DNA of 64,000 nucleotides from the human T2T-CHM13v2.0 reference genome, Homo sapiens: NCBI GenBank assembly GCA_009914755.4, contig CP086569.2, positions 3,552,001 to 3,616,000 of the forward strand, read 5' to 3'. Shown piece by piece: positions 57,286 to 64,000 of this stretch (position 1 is its first letter; each line of letters starts with the position of its first letter). The notes under the pieces were generated by a model. It saw only the letters and a program-made list of their open reading frames with translations, ran no database searches and was not told where the DNA came from. The position numbers and the translations under genes were made by a program.

Positions 57286-60200
57286 TTTTCCCCAGACCAG
57301 AGAATAACACTGGAATGAATGGTATTATAGAATTTCTGCAGTTAAATCCATTTACTTTTTTATTATTGATATTTATCAGGTTTATGGAAAAGGAGAGGAA
57401 GTGTCCATGTAGCATGTTACTATGCATGCCATTTAGTCTACCACTGAATTACTAAAATAACTGAACTTGTGATCCCACTCATTACTCATTCTTTGATTTA
57501 TGATCAATCAATTTAATTAATACAATTATTACTTACCATTCAGACCACAGTAAGACACATTGCATGGATATAGTCTTAGAGTAATTAACTACTCAAATAA
57601 ATCTGTTAAGATGCAAACAATGGTTAATGATCTTTGAATTTCAATTATTAAACTTCTTGATTCAATGCAAGTCAGAGAGTTGTGTTTCCTTATAACAACA
57701 AAAAATAAAAATATATGGTCACTGAAAAAAATAGATGTATAGTCAAGTTAAAAAAGAAAAAGAAACTAAAAATCACTCAAAATATCACTTCCCTGGGGCA
57801 ATCAACAACAATATTTAGCAGTATTTTTTTTATTTCTTATCTGCTTATAAAATACTTTAAAAAATGGATTCTACTGTAGGTGATTTTGTGAGTTTATTTC
57901 TTCTTTCTTAGTAAACTTATGGATAACTTTTGTGTCTATACAGAACTCCATTATCATTTTAAATGAGCGTAACGTGTTCCATCATATGCATTTTGCACAT
58001 TTCTTTAACAAACTCCTATTTGAGGATAATTTGTCTATTCCCAAAAAATTTAAAAATTCCCAAAATGTTCTTAAAACTTGTTATACAGTTTGCCAAAAAA
58101 GAACTATAATTAAAAGAATGCCCCCAATATGTAATTTTTAAAATAAACAAGTAGATTTTTTATATTGATAATGAGAAGAGAATATAGATGATCATGATCG
58201 TTTTGATTTCAGAAAAAAACAAAGATGTTTCAAAAGAGTCTTCCCAAAGAGTAGGTGAAGAATGAGCAGAGACACTGACAGTCATCCCCACAGACATCCT
58301 TTGAAATCACTAAAATGAATCATCCTAGGAATGGGAGCACCCTCTGTTTATAGAGATTTTGTCATAAAAATGTCAATATGGAGATATTGAACCTAATGTC
58401 AGAGTAAGATTAAATATGGAGTAGAAGATTCAGTTGTAGAAAAAAGTGTAGGTTCCAAGATTATGATTAAGTTTGCCCTTAGATAGGGGCACAGAACTGG
58501 TAGTTCAGCTAGAAGCCATAATTTCTCATGAGATTTTCCACGTCCCATGATATTGCAATGCTGGATTTCGTTCTTCAGGGGAGAAATTCCTGTGACCCTG
58601 AGGTTTAAGGTTTGGCATAGAGCAAACTGTACATGCTCAGAGTTCACTCTTTTTCCCTTCAATTACATTATTCCTCTATGAAGTATCCTTTTACTCTTCT
58701 TTTCACAGTAAGTATTCAAGCTTGATGAATACACACACAGACAACGGTCATCATGCTTCCTTGCTTTATAGACTATACTCATACTTAGTCTTTTGCTTTA
58801 AAATACCACTACTTAAATTATTTTATAAAAAACTTAAAGATTTAAATGGTTAACTTCATATGAAACAAATATGTCTAATATGATGAAACTTACATAAGAT
58901 TTGTGTTTGATGCATTTGATTTCTTCTGCTATTTGTTAAAAGGAAGGATATATTTCAAATAAAAATGTCTTCTTCTGTAACAAATAATAATCTAAAATTG
59001 AATCATCTCATAGAATATTAAAACTTCATGTGCCAGTAAACAAAATATAACATAATCTTTAATAAATCATTATATAATATGATTTCAGCAATTATAGTAT
59101 TGTGTCCCAAAACTTTCACTAAAAGCAGTCAAAAACTAGCATTTATAAAAGTTAGAAAACAATGGACAGAATTCTGTTATATTTACATATCTAAATAATG
59201 TTATAATTAAAATGCAGAATAACAATAGGCAGTATTAAAGTTTTTTCCTCGTTTATTCAAGATCTGTATCTTCAGGCTACATATTTTTATTGCTAAAAGT
59301 CCTTTTCTGAAGACGAATACATTTTACCCCATCAGTCATTTTTAACTTTACATTAGGAGAGACATCCTCTAGGAGCTGCTTATAAGCTTTGGAGTTAGAT
59401 TAGACTTAGACTTGGAAAATACATTTGAAGTTCTCTGAATCTTACTTTTTTTTCATTAAAAAAAACCTCTAGCTTCATGCTTCATGACAGGGTTCCCGTG
59501 AAAAATAAAGTCTGATTAAATAACATAATGCAACTATACAGCAAGCACAGCGTATAATTCATCAGTCTACTATGCTGTTTCCTTCATATTCTTTATAGTT
59601 ATACATAAAATACATAGAAAAGGAACATGCCAAGTAGTCTACGCTCCCTTGACACACAGTCCCCACACCAAGCCATTTCAGCAGCTCAGTTAAACTACTG
59701 GAATCGTGGAATTGCTTGACACCTTTTAAAAACCGATGCAGGTTTCTAATTGAAAAATATATTCTCTTCATCTTTTAAACAAACCTAATGGGGCTTGAGA
59801 TTAAAACTCTGCTGAACAGTATAAAATTCTATATCATGACAAATACATTCCAAGAAAGTGATAGATTGTGAAGAATATAATTTTTTATGATGTCTCAAAA
59901 TAAAATTATTTCTTTCAATCACTTGTAAAACATATTGGGTTTTCAAGTACAATTATGTATACACATGTATGTATATGTTTGTGTGTATTACATATATTTT
60001 TCCCTTATTATTGATCATGAGTCTGTATTTTATATTCATATATTACTACTATGAATAACAAGATCTGTCTTCTTTGATCTGAAATATCTACATAAGGATA
60101 TTACTTTGATTTCTGCCTGATTTTCAATGCATGAAAGATAAAATAAAATAACTATTAGATTTAATCAAATTATAAAAGGTTTGCCATCTATATTTCAATT

Positions 60201-61154
60201 GTTCTAACTTACAATTTATAAAAAGTATTAGAGATATATATGTACTGAGTTTCAAACTTTAACTTCCTCTGGTTTAAAAAATATAAAGCATGTCCATGAC
60301 GAGAAGTTAAGCTCTGCTCTCATTTAAATAAAATAATTCAATTATCATTTGTTTTGCATCCTACCACAAAATCACATTAAAAGTATGCTGCAATATTACT
60401 TCAAATTAATTTATACTAACCAGTGTAATATTCAAGAAGGGTATACAATCTAGTTACTAAACAAAATTCCTTTAGTACAATGATTGCTTCAGTGAAATAT
60501 CTATTTAAAGCCTAGAGTTGCATTAAATAACAAGATGAATAAAAAAAATTATGTGACAAAATGCGTGTCAACAATATAAAGTAAGGCAGGCTTTATTTGT
60601 TTTAAACCTGAAATAATCCTGAGATACGTGTCAACATTAGAACCATCATTAATTAATATTTTAAAAAGATAACTATACAGAAATGCATGAAGTAGATTAC
60701 TCATTATCCTTTCATATAAATATTACCATTTGTTTCTTACACATTCAATGAAAAACATGCAGTAAGGGGTCTGCTTTATTGTCAATGTGATAATTTTACA
60801 AACAATTGAAATAAAAATTGTAAATGAAAACAAGGGAACATACAGATAATGTAATATATTGGCTGTCAGTGTATTATAATATATACATTTGGACAGTTAT
60901 CGACTTTTTGAAAGTTTCAAATTAGTAAATAATGGATTCATAACATTCTTATCACTTATCAAAAGAACACTTATGGATTCATATTGATTTATATTTATAA
61001 TTATATGTATGCAGCTAAAATTTTAGAGGGAAAATATTATTCCCAATATACCTTATTAATAAATATGCAAAGGTCTATTATGTGATGGTATAATGTAATC
61101 ACTGTAGGTAGTCTGACACAATATGCAAATTACCTTGCCTTTTGAGGAATTCTG

Positions 61155-61441
61155 TTTTTTTTAGACAGAGTCTTGCTCAGTTGCCCAGGCTGGAATGCAG
61201 TGGCGCCATCTCGGCTCACTGAAAGTTCCGCCTCCCAGGTTCATGCCATCCTCCTCCCTCAGCCTCCCAAGTAGCTGGGACTATAGGTGCCCGCCACCAC
61301 GACCGGCTAATTTTTTGTATTTTTAGTAGAGACAGGGTTTCACCACGTTAGCCAGGATGGTCTCGATCTCCTGACCTTGTGTTCTGCCCGCCTCGGCCTC
61401 CCAAAGTGCTGGGATTACAGGCTTGAGCCACCGCAGCCGGC
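61155..61441 (-). mobile_element. Alu SINE, minus orientation
   Basis: ttttttttagacagagtcttgctcagttgcccaggctggaatgcagtggcgccatctcggctcactgaaagttccgcctcc ... gtgctgggattacaggcttgagccaccgcagccggc. An 11-bp TSD tgaggaattct sits at 61143-61153 and 61442-61452. Confidence 0.9.
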
Positions 61442-61491
61442 TGAGGAATTCTTTATCAGAGATACTAAGGAGGTATAATTAAAACTCTGTG

Positions 61492-61810
61492 GGCTGGGCA
61501 CAGTGGCTCATCCTTGTAATACCAGCACTTTGGGATGCCAAAGAGGGAGGACTGCTTGAGCCCAGGAGTTCGAGGCTTTATCACTACAAAAAGTAAGAAA
61601 ATTAGCTGAGCATGGCAGAATGTACCCGTGGTCCCAGCTACTTAGGAGGCTGAGGTGGGAGAACTCGCTTGAGCCCAGGAGGCCAGGGCTGTAGTGAGTC
61701 CTGTTCATGCCACTACATTTCAGCCTGGGTGACAGAGTGAAACTCTGTCTCAAAAATAATAAAAATAAAAATTAAAAATAATTAAAATTAAAAATTAAAC
61801 TAATAAAACA
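61492..61810 (+). mobile_element. Alu SINE (older AluJ/S-like) with a long degenerate A-rich tail
   Basis: ggctgggcacagtggctcatccttgtaataccagcactttgggatgccaaagagggaggactgcttgagcccaggagttcgaggctttatcactacaaaaagtaagaaaattagctgagcatggcagaatgtacc ... cagcctgggtgacagagtgaaactctgtctcaaaaataataaaaataaaaattaaaaataattaaaattaaaaattaaactaataaaa. Confidence 0.85.
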
Positions 61811-61839
61811 GCACAACGTTTTATTAATAGTTTCTGGAG

Positions 61840-61887
61840 ATCCCGCCACTGCACTCCAGCCTGGGCGACAGAGCGAAACTCCGTCTC

Positions 61888-61916
<29 letters not shown>
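61840..61916 (+). mobile_element. Severely 5'-truncated Alu (last 45 bp plus a 32-nt pure poly-A) with an intact TSD
   Basis: gatcccgccactgcactccagcctgggcgacagagcgaaactccgtctc followed by 32 A. It is flanked by aatagtttctggag at 61826-61839 and (a)atagtttctggag at 61915-61928. Confidence 0.7.
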
Positions 61917-61918
<2 letters not shown>

Positions 61919-64000
61919 GTTTCTGGAGGCAACTGTTGTGCATATATTGACTCTCACAGGATATGTCCTATGATCCACGGAAAGCTGCACATCTCTCAAA
62001 TCTTAGTACATGTTAATCTTATTTAACATTAAATGATATTTTTAATTATAGGCCTTAGGCATAATATGTGATTATCAAAATAAAAAAGAAATCCATCATA
62101 TTTACAGAGAATTTTAGCAGTAAAAGATGAATTACAAGAGGATATAGGTTTCATTCTCACTTAACAAGAAACTCTAATCAACTAACCTAGAGCTTTGAGA
62201 TTTAAAAGTAACTGAAATTTTATTATTTTATACATTTTATTCTCACCTGTATTTTCCAAGTAACTGAAGAAGAAACATTCACTAACCAATATTACATTTC
62301 TATGCTGATTTTCCAGATAAAGTTAACATTTAACAATTTTTTACAGCATAATACTAAACAAATATAAATAGTTTAAATAAGCTAGATTAATTAAAATACT
62401 TTTTACGTTACCCAATATTTATTTCAGATGTAGTTAAATTATAAACATCAAAATATTGCAGAAAATCAAACTGCTACTCAACCCACTAACTTGATAGATA
62501 AACATATAAAGTAATTTCATTACAAACGAGCATTTTAATTCTGTCTTTCCCTTCTGCTTTCCAAAATAAACTTTGTATAATTGATTGATGTCAGATACTG
62601 TGATGGTGTAAGTAGAGGAGGGAATAAATGGCCTTAGAAAAATGGGGCAAAAAAATATGAAACTCAGGTATCACAGAAATGTAATACACTTACTCTTTCA
62701 TATTTTTGTGACCTTTTGAAACATCAACACATTGAAAAAATACTCATCTGTTTCCTATTTTAAAATTACATTATTTAAGGATGTGCAAATTTGTCTAAGG
62801 ATAAGGCTGTAATGAAATCCTATCTTCTCTTAGTTAATAGATATTCAATCAATAACCAATGGAAGCAGGAGGATTCCTTTAAATAATTTATTAGGCCTTT
62901 CTGTTTCATATCCTTGAAACATAAATTAGTGTTGCTTGATTACATGACCCTCTGAATTACAACATGAGACTATTCTATTTAGAAAAAGCTTTCTCTTTTA
63001 TATTCCTTTTGATCTTATTATTTTCCCCCATTTTTGACCTCTAACTTTCAGACAAAAAGAATCTACAAAATTGGATTGGACATATGAAATTATATCAGAG
63101 CAATACATATCTACTTGGTGCTCATCATAGTATAAAAATTGATACATTTTTCAGTAAAATTTTAAACTAAAATCCTTGAGTTTGAACTGACAAAGTTTCT
63201 CATTTCCTTGCAAATAAATGCCCTGTCAAAAATCTAAATTTTATATAAAACAGGAAGTGATGGAGGAAAGTATTTTTTTATTTATTTACAATTATTCTAT
63301 AAAATACAAATATGTGTATGTGTGTGTTTTAGTGATACATATATATCAGGAACTTGGCTAGAACCTTAAGCTAAAAGCTGGAATGTCATACTAATTTTGT
63401 TTAATTTAAAAGCAAACATTTATTTTGTATAGCAACCAAAGAGAAAACCAAAGAAGCCCAGTGGATCAAATTCAGCCATCACTGACTATAGTTTCCCTAA
63501 GACTCTTGAAATGGAAAAGTAGCATATACTGAGCACCAAAGTAATATCTGATATATTCAAATTTCTGATAGGCTACCTATGTATATATTCTGCCAATAAA
63601 TAAACTGTGTGACAAACAGACTCTAATGTAGCCCTACATGGTCTCTGGCTTCTGGTGTTTACATCCTAGTGTAATTCCTACTCCTTGAATATGGATGGGA
63701 CCCATGTCTTGCTTCTAAACAAAAAAATTTGGCAAAAGTGATGGTATTTCACTCACCACATTACATTAGGCTCCATATTCCTAGCAGACCTGCTAGCTTG
63801 ATAAAGAAAGTGGTCATGTTGGAAAGGCTCACATGGCAAGGAAGCGTGAACAGCCTCTAGGTAGTATGGGAAGCCTCTAGCGTCTAAGGATAGCTATGAA
63901 TGATCAGCAAGAATCTGAAGCCCTTATTCCTACAAAAGTGAAGAAATGAATTCTGACAACAGCCTGAGTGAGCTTGGAAGTGGATTTTCCCAATTCAGGT

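Overview
This window is primate (almost certainly human) nuclear DNA, not a prokaryotic locus. It is AT-rich (roughly 35% GC by eye), has no CpG island, and contains many Alu elements. I found no convincing host protein-coding exon, rRNA, tRNA, CRISPR array or operon-like structure. Almost every ORF in the supplied track lies inside a transposable element or a microsatellite. The best description is intergenic or deep-intronic, L1-rich gene-desert-like sequence made of nested transposable-element insertions. I find no evidence of a novel biological system here. Family names, subfamily assignments and coordinates were judged by eye from remembered consensus sequences. Treat boundaries as approximate, typically within 5 to 50 bp.

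Main content:
- Thirteen Alu insertions, several with clear target-site duplications (TSDs). Two pairs are closely spaced and inverted.
- Two complete THE1-like MaLR retroelements (LTR-internal-LTR), both on the minus strand, each carrying its own Alu insertion. There are also solitary MLT1- and MST-type LTRs.
- A four-level nested pile-up at about 27.1-36.1 kb. An old L1M backbone is split by a 5.6-kb near-full-length L1P and two MaLR LTRs. The L1P has a tandem-monomer 5'UTR, an ORF1 remnant and an ORF2 lacking the endonuclease domain.
- A 3.1-kb 5'-truncated L1PA at 42.1-45.3 kb with a perfect 12-bp TSD, inserted into the gag gene of a degraded gammaretrovirus-like (class I) ERV. The gag shows a PPPY late domain, the capsid major homology region and a degenerate zinc knuckle.
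- A compound L1M insertion whose 5' part is inverted (candidate twin priming).
- Two L2 fragments, a Tigger-like DNA transposon fragment, a probable ERV1 solo LTR, and several microsatellites, including a 124-bp compound (GT)n(AT)n tract.
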